Both the position numbers and the translations under genes were made by a program. Below are positions 26,721-40,066 of a stretch of DNA of 64,000 nucleotides, one piece after another. Each line of letters begins with the position of its first letter. Positions within the stretch are counted from its first letter, which is position 1. The notes beneath the pieces were generated by a model. That model was not told the DNA's origin and did not search any database. It saw only the letters and a list, made by a program, of their open reading frames with translations. Origin of the DNA: Octopus sinensis (Eukaryota); the NCBI RefSeq assembly GCF_006345805.1, contig NC_043008.1, positions 64,666,001 through 64,730,000 of the forward strand, written 5' to 3'.

Positions 26721-27528
26721 CGTTTCAAATATCGGTACATAGCCAGCAATTTCGTTTATGAGTATTCCATTTTTCGATCATCTAATCTACGAAGTTTATT
26801 TAATTAACGTACATGTGACTGAATATACCACAGTCACTAGTTCTTTAATATAATTCTTAGGCACAATCAGTGTGGAACGAAGTGACATGGCTGTACTGTT
26901 GAGTTACAGTTACTATCCAGCCGACGAAATGAGGAGAGAAAATGACATTTGACAAAGATGACTTGCAGCGGAATCGAAACCGTGATTTCATGTGAAACTT
27001 ATTTTCTAACTTTCATCCACACTGCACCTGCATATCAACGTCTATATCTATAGAATGCATAACAATCCTACATTTTTACTTGCTAGATTTCTTGGGTAAA
27101 TGATGAGAACTTCAACATTACCAACAACAATGTGAATGGCATCATGACCAAAAATTGTTCGAAGTATTTTTGAGGGATATTTCAATATTTCAAGAATTTA
27201 GAATTGTTATTGGATGGAAAGCTACATTAGCCTAATACCTACGTTCAAACCAATTTTCACTTTCTTTTTCAATCACGTAATGTGAGCTTGTTCTACTTAA
27301 TGTAACCAATTCTATTTACCCAGGCGCAATGCGTCATAGCTCTAACTGAGAAAGTAAGTGTTTCGTAAACACACTCAAATATATACATATATACTTGAGT
27401 GTGAGTACGGATGTGCGTGCATAAGTTAATATAATTACTAGCGAGGAACAAACCCACATATAAATGCTGGTATGTGTATGTAGTTATGAATATATATATA
27501 TATATATCACACACACACACATATATAT

Positions 27529-27756
27529 ACTTTATTTCTTTTTCATTTGACTGTGGCCATGCTAGAGCACCGCCCTTAGTCAAACAAATCAACCCCAGGA
27601 CTTATTCTTTGTAAGCTTAGTACTTATTATATCAGTGTCTTTTGCCAACCGCTAAGTTACGGAGACATAAATACACCTTCATCAGTTGTCAAGCGATGTT
27701 AGGGACGACAAACACAGGCACACAAACATACATACATACATACATACACACACACA

Positions 27757-27802
<46 letters not shown>

Positions 27803-27959
27803 TATATAACGGGCTTCTTTCAGTTTCCGTCTACTAAATCCACTCACAAGGCTTTGGTCGGCCCAAGGCTATAGTAGAAGAGACTTGGTGAAGGTGCCAC
27901 GCAGTGGGTCTGAACCCGGTGCCATGTGGCTGGTAATCAAGCTACTTACCACACAGCCA

Positions 27960-27960
<1 letters not shown>
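27529..27960 (-). mobile_element. SINE A, near full length
   Basis: Reverse complement of the family A pattern. Confidence 0.92.
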
Positions 27961-28005
<45 letters not shown>

Positions 28006-29065
28006 CTATACATATGCATGCATACATATTCATATAACACATCTATATCTATATATCTGTGTGTGTGTGTGTGTGTGTGTGTATGTATATTTAAATACAC
28101 ACACGTACGCATACATGCATACATACCTACTACTATACATATCAATGTGGGCCTAATAGGTACTCGCGAATTTCCTTTAAAATCTATTCTTTATCTCATA
28201 TACGAAGACCTGCCATGTTTTTGATCGTCACGTTTACATACTTCACGTTTTCAGCTTTTAGTTTGTATAACAATACATTGCAGTGCAGGATATTTGACAG
28301 CATCGCTATTGCATGGATTATTTTAATGACAAATATTACGTAATATAATTATGAAAGAATTAACAAACATTGCAACAGAGCAAGATAGTTTGGCAATTCT
28401 TCTGTTCTCTTAGCATGTGATTATTTGATTTTGTACAAATTTATTAGAACGTTGATCTCTCGGATAGCTCACGTTTTCCTCTACTCCAGATAAAACGTCA
28501 CGTGATTGCCGCTTACATTCAGATAAAACTTACTTAATGCACATAAGTTTTAAAAGTTATTATGTTTTGTATCACCTAGAACTGCATCTGTGCGCCTTGG
28601 TATAAGCTGATACCAGAAGTGAACTATGTATCATATTCCACTGTATCTCTTGAAGCTAGGAATACTTCCGTTAAGATTATCTGCTGAAGGAAGGTAACTA
28701 TTTCACTTGCAGAATAGATTCATTTCTTTTAATTATCTACGAGCCGTTTATAGCTGAGATAAGAGAATTAGATCACTGACATTGCTGAAAGATCTATAGA
28801 AATATCATGATGTAACGTTGAGACAAATGAAATTATATCCATATCTCACGAACATATAACTTTCAGCATTTCTTGTAAATAGAATGAAAGTTTGAATAAA
28901 AATAAGTTTCTTGTTAACGTATGAAGATTAAACTTAACGAATGTTGCATAACTAAATGCATCAAATACAGAAATACATTCAGGCAAAATGTAATCGAAAG
29001 ACAAGCCGTTGGTGCTTCTGAGCAGGACAGTCGAAACGTGAATTTCAAATGAGAAAAGAAAGACG

Positions 29066-29192
<127 letters not shown>

Positions 29193-29331
29193 TTTGTCGG
29201 TCCGTTTGTCTGTCAGTCTATTCATTTATCCTTTTGCGTAGCTCTGTATCTATTTTTATATATATACATATATACATTCATATATACATATATATATACA
29301 TACATACATAAATACACACACATATATATAA

Positions 29332-29382
<51 letters not shown>

Positions 29383-29385
<3 letters not shown>

Positions 29386-29727
29386 ATAATCAAATAGGGT
29401 ATAAAAATAAATTATTATTACCAGTGGCCTAGCACAAAAGACGAATTAGTCATTAGACTATATACTTTTCGTATAGAAATATAATGAAAGGCTTCCAAAT
29501 AAGGAAGCGTAGTGCTAGAAACACAAAAAGGGATAAATTCATGAAAGAAATGAAAATGAAAAACATTTACCATCTCAGCTATATCCCAGACCGAACGGTT
29601 TCTACCTATTTTTAGCAAACACACAGAATATGTTTGCCAGGCCAGGTTCTTCATTAATTTTCATTTCTTTCATGAATTTATCCCTTTTTGTGTTTCTAGC
29701 ACTACACTTCCTTATTTGGAAGCCTTT

Positions 29728-29735
<8 letters not shown>
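29383..29735 (-). mobile_element. Fold-back element enclosing a hammerhead motif (PLE pseudo-LTR-like)
   Basis: 79-bp inverted arms 29479-29557 / 29657-29735 (2 mismatches) with a hammerhead in the spacer. An extra tail runs to about 29383, with long pure (TA)n on both sides. Confidence 0.8.
29585..29653 (-). ncRNA. Hammerhead ribozyme motif with extended stem II, 5'-truncated at C3
   Basis: Minus: (a)UGAAGA-ACCU-[GGCAAACAUAU/GUGUGUUUGCU hairpin]-AGGU-A-GAAACCG-UU-CGGUC|UGGG. Canonical GUC cleavage triplet; C3 and the 5' strand of stem I are replaced by the inverted arm. Confidence 0.65.
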
Positions 29736-29792
<57 letters not shown>

Positions 29793-31551
29793 CGTGTTTA
29801 TGTATATATCATTTCTTTTGTATTATATATGGTACACTTAGACACACATAGTTATATATCTACGTTATATTTTCCCATTCTACAGAAAATGAACGGTGCT
29901 ACATGCATGAATCTAACGATAATATTGTTTCAAGGAATATTGATTCAAATTTGAACTGAAAGTAGATTGTAAATTTGTTTTACTGAATATCTCCTCACTT
30001 TACCACTGTGACTGTTATAAATTATTGGATTATGAATTACATTTGAAGTAAAATAAAATATTAGAACCAAATTCTATTAGAAATAATATATATTCCTTGT
30101 AACTTGTACTTGAGACCATTTTATTTATCAACTCTGGAAGAATGGAAGACAAAGTTGAACTTAAGCGATGGTCAGATTGTTAGGAATTGTAGCTTAATAA
30201 TGGAAGACATTTTTTCAGAATCTGAGGAAATGCTTTGCTTTATATATCACTCTAATGTTTCATAAAAATTACCGTTTCTAATATAACCAACAGCAGGCAT
30301 TTTAAAAGAAGGAACCGTCTACACACAACATCATGTGCTTAAGAATAATCCACAAGTCAGCAATGTTTGCACAAAGAATGAGAGCGGGCACGAAGGTTTT
30401 ATTTCTTTGGGCCCATCTCAGACAGGGTTTTTTAAATGTTGCTTTCAGTGGTGCATTGTCTGTGATAGGTGCTATAGTAGTGAAAATCTGAAACCCATAC
30501 CAAGCTTTGAAAAGACGGAATATATGAAATCTCAAGTTGTGAACGCTAATAAAACAGTAACATTATATATATTCAGAACATAAATCACTAATATTGATCT
30601 GAAAAGGGCAAAACAAAGAAAATACCATAAGAAAACGCCAAAAAGTAGATCACCTGGAGAATTCTGATCAACCGAAAACCGAACCACAACCCAAACAAAA
30701 AATATGAACAAAAGGGAAATGTTTTATGTAAGTGAAAGGGTAAATTAGTTATATGATTATAAGTGGCTGATTTACATATGAACCAACGAAAGTATTTTCC
30801 ATGGAAAAACAGGAGGAAAATTGCTAACAAATATAAAACAAATGGTGAAGATGTCCATCGTAAACTTAATGTAAAGGGGCACGAACATCAATTTTCCCAT
30901 TTTAAACGTAGTAAAAATATGGTGCTTCCATTGAAATTTTGAAAGAGATGTAGCATTACTTAACATCTGCAGCAAAAAGAATATTAAGAATATCAAACCT
31001 GAAGCAAATACAGTGTAAGGAAAATATGCTAGAAGGAGTATAAAAACAAAAAAAAAAAAAACATCGTTCACTCCTTTATGAAATCTATAACGGATAAAGG
31101 ATAAACTAAAAGAAAAAGAGTTAAATACTGCTTCAATATAACATGAACTAAGGGCACTTCGAAAACAAAGACCAGCATATGTTTGTGACTCTATGTCACA
31201 AAGAGCTCCTACAATGAAAAGTAATATTAATTATTTGTAATAAACCAAGCAGTTCGATTGTAAACTAAACAAATATTATGAAAAAGCACGTAAAAGAAAA
31301 TAGAATCAATGCAGCCCGATATGAAAGTGAAATATGAAGAAACTGATTTCAGTTTGCGGCTGTCCAGTCTTAATCAAAGAAACATACATCGCTAGGCATT
31401 GCTGAGATCGAGCTTTCATATGCAGAATGTTGTACCAACAATATGAAATATCAATTGAAATAAAATAAATAGTACATTGACCAAGAAAAATTTGCATAAA
31501 ATAGAACAACGACGGCACAGACAGAGAAATGAAATTATTTGACAGATTATA

Positions 31552-31966
31552 GGCGAAGGAGTGGGTGTGTGGTAATTAGCTTGCTTACCAACCACATTGT
31601 TCCGGGTTCAGACCCACTGCATGGCAGCTTGGGTAAGTATCTTCTCCTATAGCCTTGGGCCGACCAAAGCCTTGTGAGTGGATTTGGTAGGCGGTAACTG
31701 AAAGAAGACCATTGTATATATGTATATATATGTATATATGTGTGTGTATGTTTGTGTGTCAGTGTTTGTCCCCCTACCATTGCTTGACAACCGATGCTGG
31801 TGTGTTTATGTCCCCGTCACTTAGCGGTTCGACAAAAGAGACCAATAGAATAAGTATTGGGGATTACAAAGAATAAGTCCCAGAGTCGATTTGCTCGAGT
31901 AAAGGCGGTGCTCCAGCATGGCCACAGTCAAATGATTGAAACAAGTAAAAGAGTAAAAGAGTAAAA
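31552..31966 (+). mobile_element. SINE A, full length
   Basis: Family A pattern. Confidence 0.92.
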
Positions 31967-32232
31967 AAGGTTATAGTTGTCAAATGCACTGGGAAAGAGG
32001 TTACTCGCTTCTCGATAGATTCTTATTCTGTTCGTATTTTACTAATTGCAAGAATTGTGGGGTAAGACACTGAAGGGCTTTGCTCGAACAAATCTAATCC
32101 AGTATATATTTAATATTTGACACTTATCTATCGGTCTCTCGTTGACGAAAATTACGCTACATGGATGTAAAAAATGTAACACCGGTTGTCACGTACTGGA
32201 GGTATACTTACAAAAATTAACAGAGCGCGCTG

Positions 32233-32300
<68 letters not shown>

Positions 32301-32304
<4 letters not shown>

Positions 32305-32495
32305 TTTTAAGTTTTACCACAAGGCCAGTAATTTTAGGGGAAAGGGTAATCGATTGCATCGACCCCAGTGCTAAGTAGGTACTTATTTTACCGACCCCGA
32401 AAGGATGAAAGGCAAACATCCGCCTCGTAAAGTCGGAATGAAAACTACTAAGCATTTTGGCTGGCAATTTGATGATTGTGCCAGCTCTCTGCCTT
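32301..32495 (-). mobile_element. Older SINE B-related copy (alternative tail)
   Basis: cacaaggccag..tcgaccccagt..ggtacttattttaccgaccccgaaaggatgaaaggcaaa..gccagctc. Confidence 0.75.
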
Positions 32496-32916
32496 AGATA
32501 TTTATGAATATTAATGTTCGTTTTTATATAAAGTTATATATAAGAACAGTGGAACAGTGAGATACAGGCTTACTCAGTTCTTTGTCAATATTATATTTAC
32601 AAGGAAAAGGTTGATATTGATTTCAAAGTTTCGGTTTATTTGCATTCACTAGTCTGATCATGGAGAGTACCTCGAAGCTTCGTAGTCAAAATCAAACACC
32701 CCTCGTTAAATATATGCACATAACACACATAGAAACACATACACACATATACTGGAGAGTGAAAATGTGTTAGCGCGTCTATCATGTTTTCACAAGCAGG
32801 CTTCAACTTATTTTCCATCCACTGAGTTTGCTAATCCAGCATTCCAAACGATATTTATTGTTTTATCTACCTTGAATTCCACCGTTAAAATTAATTTATT
32901 TCATATATACAATAAA

Positions 32917-33123
32917 TGCGCCCTTTTAAAGCCTAACCTGGCTCATGGGCCCGGTTTTCCGGTTTCTATGGCGTATGTGTTCCCCAGCTGGACGGGACGC
33001 CACTCCATCGCAGCGTTACTCATTTTTGCCAACTGAGTGGACTGGAGTAACGTGAAAGAATCGAAACCACAATCTTACGATAAAGGAGCGGACACCCAAA
33101 ACACTAAGCCACGTGCCTCCACA
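32917..33123 (-). mobile_element. SINE family C (tRNA head; gatggactggcgtcccgtccag...ccgggcccatgag tail)
   Basis: Reverse complement begins gtggaggcacgtggcttagtg (A-box) with ggtttcgattc (B-box); homologous to 39265-39504. Confidence 0.85.
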
Positions 33124-33177
33124 ATATATTTTATATATATATATAGTTAGGGAGGTAGATTATTATTATTATTATTA

Positions 33178-33220
<43 letters not shown>

Positions 33221-33222
<2 letters not shown>

Positions 33223-33368
33223 CAAAGATAAACAATATATAGGATTTTATCAGATAGCTAGCATGTAAAAGCTTTTAGATATAAATTAATAGTGTATATA
33301 TTTTTTCAATAAAAATTATAATACTGGCAAGCTACCTCATAAAATCTTACGTAGATTTTATTCTTGAT
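33221..33368. repeat. Decayed inverted repeat, about 43-bp arms, beside (TAT)n
   Basis: atcaaagataaa..ggattttatcagatagctagca versus tggcaagctacctcataaaatcttac..tttattcttgat. Confidence 0.55.
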
Positions 33369-33735
33369 TATAATAATAAATATGAATTCACGTCAATCAA
33401 TTTATTTGCTGCAAAAGTAAGTCGGTTATTCACATGTAGCTGAGATGAATGATCTAGATTTAAACTGTGTATATAAACGTGAACACTGCGGATACATTTG
33501 TGTTCGTATGGTATGTATAAATATTTATAATTATATACGTTGAATAATGCCATACTGATGATGATAAAGACATTAATATCTCTGAACTAGAAATTAATTT
33601 TAAACCTTTTAAGTAAATCTTTTTTGCCAATTTCCCTCGCTATCATGTCTACATGATAAATAAGGTAGTTTTAGAATCGTTTGACATCTTCTTCTAGCAT
33701 GTTGCACTACCATGTAGTTTGCCATTATTATAATT

Positions 33736-33825
<90 letters not shown>

Positions 33826-33828
<3 letters not shown>

Positions 33829-33970
33829 TGTCTACCAAATCCACTCACAAGGCTATGGTCGGCCCGAGGCTACATTGAAGACATTTACTCAAGGAGCCAC
33901 GCAGTGGGACTGAACTCGGAACCATGCGCTTGGGATGCAAGCTTCTTACTACACAGCCACTCCTGCGCCT
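33826..33970 (-). mobile_element. SINE A 5' half, ending in an ~85-bp pure (TA)n
   Basis: Reverse complement of the A head and CORE-like region. Confidence 0.9.
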
Positions 33971-33986
33971 GTATACATTTTGTACC

Positions 33987-34715
33987 ACTTACTTGTTTCA
34001 CTCGTTAGAGTACGGCAATGCTGGGGCACCACTTTGAATATCTTTAGATGAACAAATCGACCCCAGTACCTGTTTTTTCTTTTTCATGCTGATACTTAGT
34101 CTACTAGGCACTTTCGCTGAACCCCTAGGTTACAGGGACATAAACACACCAACACTGGTTATCAGCATTGGTAGGAGACAAGCATTAACACAAACACACA
34201 TGCATATATATATGTTGTGTGTATTTCACTGAGTCTATGTGTATGTGTGTGTGCGTGTGTGTATGTGTGCATATATATACACACACACACTCATACGCAC
34301 ACAAATATACTGGGTCATCCCCTAAATACTGCAGTTTTTTCATCTGCATGAACTAAAAGTCGGAGGGGGAGGGATAACTACCTGCATCATCTTACTATAA
34401 GAGTTAGATAATGGCTTCAAGATTTTTGCAGCACTCAAGAATGGCTACGAAGCACGACCGCTATCACTAGTAGTATTTTGGAAGAGGGGCCTTACAAGTC
34501 TACCAGATAGATGGAAGAGCAGTGTAGAAAATAAAGGAGAGTACATTTTCGATTAAAAAAGAACTTTACCATAATTTTGAAAAATAAAAGAAGTATAAAA
34601 ACACTGCATTATTTATGCGATGAACGAAGATATATATATATGTTTTTATACCACAGACTCAAGAGACTTTGTTCTGCACGAGGCTATAGTAAAAAAATAC
34701 GTAACTAAAAGTCCT
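33987..34715 (-). mobile_element. Old SINE A interrupted by a mariner derivative
   Basis: 3' half at 33987-34200 and a 5' remnant at about 34650-34715 (gaggctatagta). Confidence 0.65.
34310..34630 (+). mobile_element. Internally deleted mariner (Tc1/mariner) element
   Basis: Imperfect TIRs (ctgggtcatcccctaaatactgcagt / actgcattatttatgcgatgaac) flanked by TA. C-terminal peptide FWKRGLTSLPDRWKSSVENKGEYIFD* matches the mariner transposase end. Confidence 0.82.
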
Positions 34716-34982
34716 TTTTTTGTTAATGATACGTATGCAAGATCGGGTAACTAAGTATCTCATAGCCAATGTCACACATTTTGCTTCAGTTTTAGCATGA
34801 ACTCAGTGTAATACCCTAACTTTGGTTCCGCATCAAATGATAGAACTACAATTACACGAAGTACATGTTGTTCTAAATACTGATTATTTATAGTGAGGTT
34901 TAAGATTTAAATCCTACAATGTGTGTGTGTATGTATGTATGTTTGTATGTATGCATGTATATATGTATTCATGCATGTAGTA

Positions 34983-35075
34983 AGAAATATTTACCGAAAA
35001 TGGTGAGAGGTAGGACGAAACCAGATATCACCTGGTTGTGAAACGAACGTCTTAACCATATAGCCGCCCCTGCAC
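34983..35075 (-). mobile_element. Old SINE A-related head fragment
   Basis: Reverse complement gtgcaggggcggctatatggttaagacgttcg. Confidence 0.5.
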
Positions 35076-36074
35076 TTATGTATCTCTGAACAAAATGGGA
35101 AACTTTTCCAAATTCTAAGTTCTTGAAATATCCATAACAACAAAAAAAGAGAATGAAAACAGAAATAGCTATATAATAATAGATGCCATGGGAATGATTG
35201 AAAAATATGAAGACAAATATATACCCCGCCTCTCCAGATCTCACAAATATGCACACTATACAGAAGTATTAGGTACGACATACATAATACATAGGTGAGT
35301 GAGAATACTATGAAAATGTGCAATGTCTGCACGTACACAAAGTACAGAGAGCTACGCTCGGTTGCGCAGCGAAATCATCCTTTAGAAATAAGACAGAAAT
35401 ATTATACATGGAGCTTAAAGGAATTAGCAAGACTTGACAGGGAAAAAAGAGAATAATGAAGGCTATATTTGCAATTCTCCAACATCACTGAAAATTTATA
35501 TTTACCATGAACACAGTGAATACAGGCTGGAAGAGCTCTTCAGTGAAAAAATAAACTATTACATAATATTACATAATATGTTGTGTAGAACTATAAATAT
35601 GATATAAAGGGAAACTAATATAAACAGTTACATAGCATGACTAAAAGAAAAACAAGATACGGTTACAAAACAAAAGAAACAGCATAAAAAGATCCGGAAG
35701 TAGATTAATAAAACACTCAACACTGACAAAGAGGACTGCGACTTAAAGCTGATCAAATGGCTTTTGATGTAGTTTTTGAAATTACGAAAACATAAAATCA
35801 AACACAGCACAAAAAGTAAATGCAGAATATGTAGAAGCTATGAAGAAATGATCAATCACATTGTTTGTTAGTTAGACAAACCGAAGTATATAAACATATA
35901 TGACAGACTTAAAGCTTTCATACACTAGAAATTGTTGCAAGCATTGGGGAAAATGCCAAGAAAAGAAATGGTATAAACAACATCACAAATGTCTGAGAGA
36001 AAGGCAAAGTAACCATATTCCGATTCACACAAACAAGAAGATTAAAATAATTGCTTAGAAGTTATTGTCAAAGT

Positions 36075-36222
36075 TGGGCGAGGCCTGGCCAAATGGTTAA
36101 ACTCTTTGATTCGGAATCACAAGAACAGGGTTTAATGCAAGTATATTTTCCCCTTAGCCGCGAGTCATTCCAAGAGCATTGTGAAACTTAGAGAGAAGAA
36201 ACTGTGAGGAAGCCCATCACAT
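36075..36222 (+). mobile_element. Old SINE A-related 5' part
   Basis: tggccaaatggttaa..gcaagtat..gcattgtga..gaaactgtgaggaagcccatc. Confidence 0.5.
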
Positions 36223-36232
36223 GATCTGAGTA

Positions 36233-36754
36233 CTGTAAATCTTCGAGTATAGTCCACCCTTGAGTATAATACGCAGGGGATCTTTAGACGGCTGTACCTC
36301 TGAAAAACCTAAACCTTGTGTATAATACGCACCCCTTCTCTAACTTCAGTCGTGCGTAGTTAAACCAGTAGCACCTAGTCGAACAAACACTTCCGTGCAT
36401 GCGTAATATAATAATGGTAATGTTCTTAACTGTTATATGGGCATGTAAATATATTTGCAAACCGCTTTTGTTACATGTTATTCTGTGTTCTGAATACTTT
36501 TATTCTAATAAATGTTGCTTACTGCAAGTTATAGATGATTCTTTTACGACTTCATTGCTTTCAGGCTTAGCTTAAGGAAATTTCGCGCCCGACATCACAA
36601 AATGCGTCTGAATAAACATTGCCGGACAGCAAATAGAGACTCGGATATTGATTAGAAAATATTTATCATTTTTAACCTCGTATATAGTACGCACTAGGGA
36701 TTTTGACCTTTAAATTTTGGATGAAAAATGCAGATGATACTCGAGGATTTACGG
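36233..36754. mobile_element. Non-autonomous pogo/Tc2-type DNA transposon (MITE)
   Basis: TIRs ctgtaaatcttcgagtat / atactcgaggatttacgg with TA on each side (36231-32, 36755-56), subterminal gtataatacgca-like repeats and no ORF. Confidence 0.85.
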
Positions 36755-37351
36755 TATGTAATAAAAAGGCCCGATTTTGTCGCAATTATTCTAGATTCCA
36801 GTTAAGTGTGTAAGGGATGTTTGTATGTAGAATACCCAATCCATTTAACATTAATAATGACCGTGTATTTCAGTTGATTGAACAAGGGAATGCTTATGAT
36901 CGAAACTAAATCATACCTATTTTTTATAGCCAAAAATAAACAAAAAACGTATTAATTATCCAACGTAAGACGATATAACCTAAAACTAAACGGGGAAAGC
37001 TATGGAAATGTAAATAACTAGAAATAGATATAAGAACATCGGTATTAGGAACAGAAATAATCTCTCCCAAGTAATTCGTGTCTTGGGAATGGTAAAATGA
37101 GGATTACATAAATATATAAACAAAACCTTGATACTCCCGTAGCAAAAGATATGGACAATAACTCGATTGTGCTCAGCAAATTTATTAACACATTGCATAG
37201 AATTGCTTCAATACAAATGGATTAACTCAACACAAATCAAATAACGGTTTGTACTCAAAACACTGAGCTGTCCTCGGTTGTAATATAAAAATAAACAACT
37301 GGGCTAAAACTTCAAGTTGTAATTGTAGATGAGCTTTGTAATGAAGCACAC

Positions 37352-37763
37352 TGGCTGTGGTTAGTAGCTTGCTTACCATCCACATGGTTCCGGGTTCAGT
37401 CCCACTGCGCTGCACCTTGGGCCAGCATATTCTACTATAGCCTTGGGCCAAACAAAGCCTTGTGAGGTGATTTGGTAGACGGAAACTGAAAGAAACCCGT
37501 CGTATATATGTATATATATATATATGTGTGTGTATATATGTGTGTGTGTGTGTGTGAGTGTGTGTGTGTGTCTGTGTTTGTCCTCCATCATCGCTTGACA
37601 ACCGATGTTGGCGTGTTTACGTCCTCGTAACTTAGCGGTTCGCCAAAAGAGAACGATAGGATAAGAACTAGGCTCACAAATAATAAGTTCTGGGATCAAT
37701 TAGTTCGACTAAAGGTGGTGCTCCAGCATGGCCGCAGTCAAATTAGTGAAACAAATTAAAGAA
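37352..37763 (+). mobile_element. SINE A, near full length
   Basis: Family A pattern. Confidence 0.9.
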
Positions 37764-39264
37764 CATATGTGTGCGTGCATGTGTGTGTATATGTATGTAT
37801 GTATGTATTTATATAAATTGCGGTGATTGTATGCAATTTTGATTTATTAGCAATTTCTGAAGAAGGAAAACCAACCAGTTACACTATTACGCTATCAGTT
37901 TTTGCAAGAATTATTCCACTGAGCCTGGTAAGGGTTGTACATAGAATTAATTGTCCTCTTCAAATACACGACGAAATAACTAAATGGGATATGAACCAGA
38001 AAACAAATATCCATAAGTTAGAAGTGCATTATATTTATAGTCTTTACGTTTTCACCTTGAAATATAGGTGGTAATTTTTATGGTGCGTATATTATTTTGC
38101 AGCCGTTCATAAATATTTCTTTTTAGAAGTTAGGGTATGTTAGAGAGTAAAATGTCAGATATTGGTAACTTGAGTCTTTGATTTACAGTTGATCGCATTT
38201 AATTACATTTCTGACGAGAATGTTTTAGCAAAGAAAAAAAAAATGTCTTATAAAATTATTTTCATCTTTATGAATCTAGGAGAAATACTAAAGACGATGG
38301 CGTTAATAGTACGTTGGCTGCGTGTGCTGAAGAACTGAAGGAATAATTTTATTAGTTTCCGGTTGGGAGTTGAAGTGTTATGGGTTGAGCTTAGAGTAAA
38401 ATACTTAACACAGACTCTATAAAGAGGAAGACTTCATCTTTTCCAACGAGATAGTGCGTTGAGTTTAACAAACCATAAATCCTGAACTGACCAAGACTAT
38501 GAAATAATCAATATTTTTACAGAAGTTTATGACGTCTTTGAATAAAGGCGAGCTTTTGGCCATCACAGTCGACAAGCCGCGATTCAATTTCCGTTTACAT
38601 ACATTTCTAACCTTACCGATGCACTGTCAGAATATAACACGACTGAAGACAAAAATATTCTTTCTTTTCTGTAACCTAGTAAAAAACTAAACAGACACCA
38701 TATTTTTTAAAGAGTTTTAGTTATGCTCTTTATTATTATTATCATGATTTTTGCGCAAAACATTGAATGAAAAATACTTTTAAAAATATAACTATCACGT
38801 GTATAATCTGTGGAAACTGCCGAGACGTAGAGAAACATACTATATGTAGAACTGAATTTAATATCTCATTTATAAATCTCGGTTACAGACATTTAAAGTA
38901 GTTATATATATGTAGTAGTTTGATTAATTTGTTTGCAGCGAAAGAAAAAGCTGTTGAAATATTATAAAATCCATTTAGAGAAATTCATTTAAAATAACCC
39001 CCAAATACACATTATATAAATATCAGTAATATACGGTGTTACTATCATCTGATCATACATTTATAACTTAATATATGTACAACATCATATATACGTGTGT
39101 GTTCGTGGATTTATGTGTACATGTGTGTGTGAGTGCATGTGGGTGTACGTAAATGTATGTGTGTATGTTTGTGTGTGTATGTGTGTATGTGGGTATGTAA
39201 AATAATACATATAGCATCATGCATTTATGATATATATTTATATGTATTTATAAAAAAAATTAAA

Positions 39265-39504
39265 CGTGCCCATTTAAAGCCTAGCCAACCTCATGGGCCC
39301 GGTTTCCCGGTTTCAATGGTGTATGTGTTTCCCAGCTGGATGGGACGCCAGTCCATCGCAGCGTTACTCCTTTTTGCCAGCTTAGTGGACTGGAGCAACG
39401 TGAAGTGAAGTGTTTTGCTCAACGTGTCACCCGGTCCAGGAATCGAAACTACAATCTTACGATCATGGTGCTGACACCCTAACCACTAAGCCACGCGCCT
39501 CCAC
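39265..39504 (-). mobile_element. SINE C, full length
   Basis: Reverse complement gtggaggcgcgtggcttagtggttagg..gtttcgattcc..ttgagcaaaacacttcac..gatggactggcgtccc..gggcccatgag. Confidence 0.9.
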
Positions 39505-39537
39505 ATTATGTACTTATAACATCATATATTTATAATA

Positions 39538-39769
39538 CCTATTTCTTTACTACCCACAAGGGGCTAAACACAGAGAGGACAAACAAGGACAGACAAACGG
39601 ATTAAGTCGATTATATCGACCCCAGTGCGTAACTGGTACTTATTTAATCGACCCCGAAAGGATGAAGGCAAAGTCGACCTCGGCGGAATTCGAACTCAGA
39701 ACGTAACGGCAGAAGAAATACGGCTAAGCATTTCGCCCGGCTTGCTAACGTTTCTGCCAGCTCGCCGCC
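39538..39769 (-). mobile_element. SINE B monomer with a 15-bp target-site duplication
   Basis: Family B pattern; catatatttataata occurs on both sides (about 39523 and 39778). Confidence 0.92.
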
Positions 39770-39852
39770 TTGAACACCATATATTTATAATATCATATAT
39801 TTATAACATCTAGGCTTGCAATTAGTTGAATGTCATTATAAAAATAATTTAA

Positions 39853-40066
39853 CGCACCCATTTAAAGCCTAGCCAACCTAATGGGCCCGGTTTCCCGGTT
39901 TCAATGGTGTATGTGTTCCCAAGCTGGATGGGACGCCAGTCCATCGCAGCGTTACTCCTTTTTGCCAGCTTAGTGGACTGGAGCAACGTGAAGTGAAATG
40001 TTTTGCTCAAGATCACAACGTGTCGCCCGGTCCAGGAATCGAAACTACAATCTTACAATCATGACG
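39853..40066 (-). mobile_element. SINE C, 5'-truncated; near-duplicate of 39265-39504
   Basis: Shares diagnostic variants with the neighbouring copy. Confidence 0.9.

Noticed and set aside
30290-31030. 82-aa Cys-rich ORF at 30335 and a GKTG word suggesting GIY-YIG
   Set aside because: No recognisable domain or splice support; the motif is too short to call.
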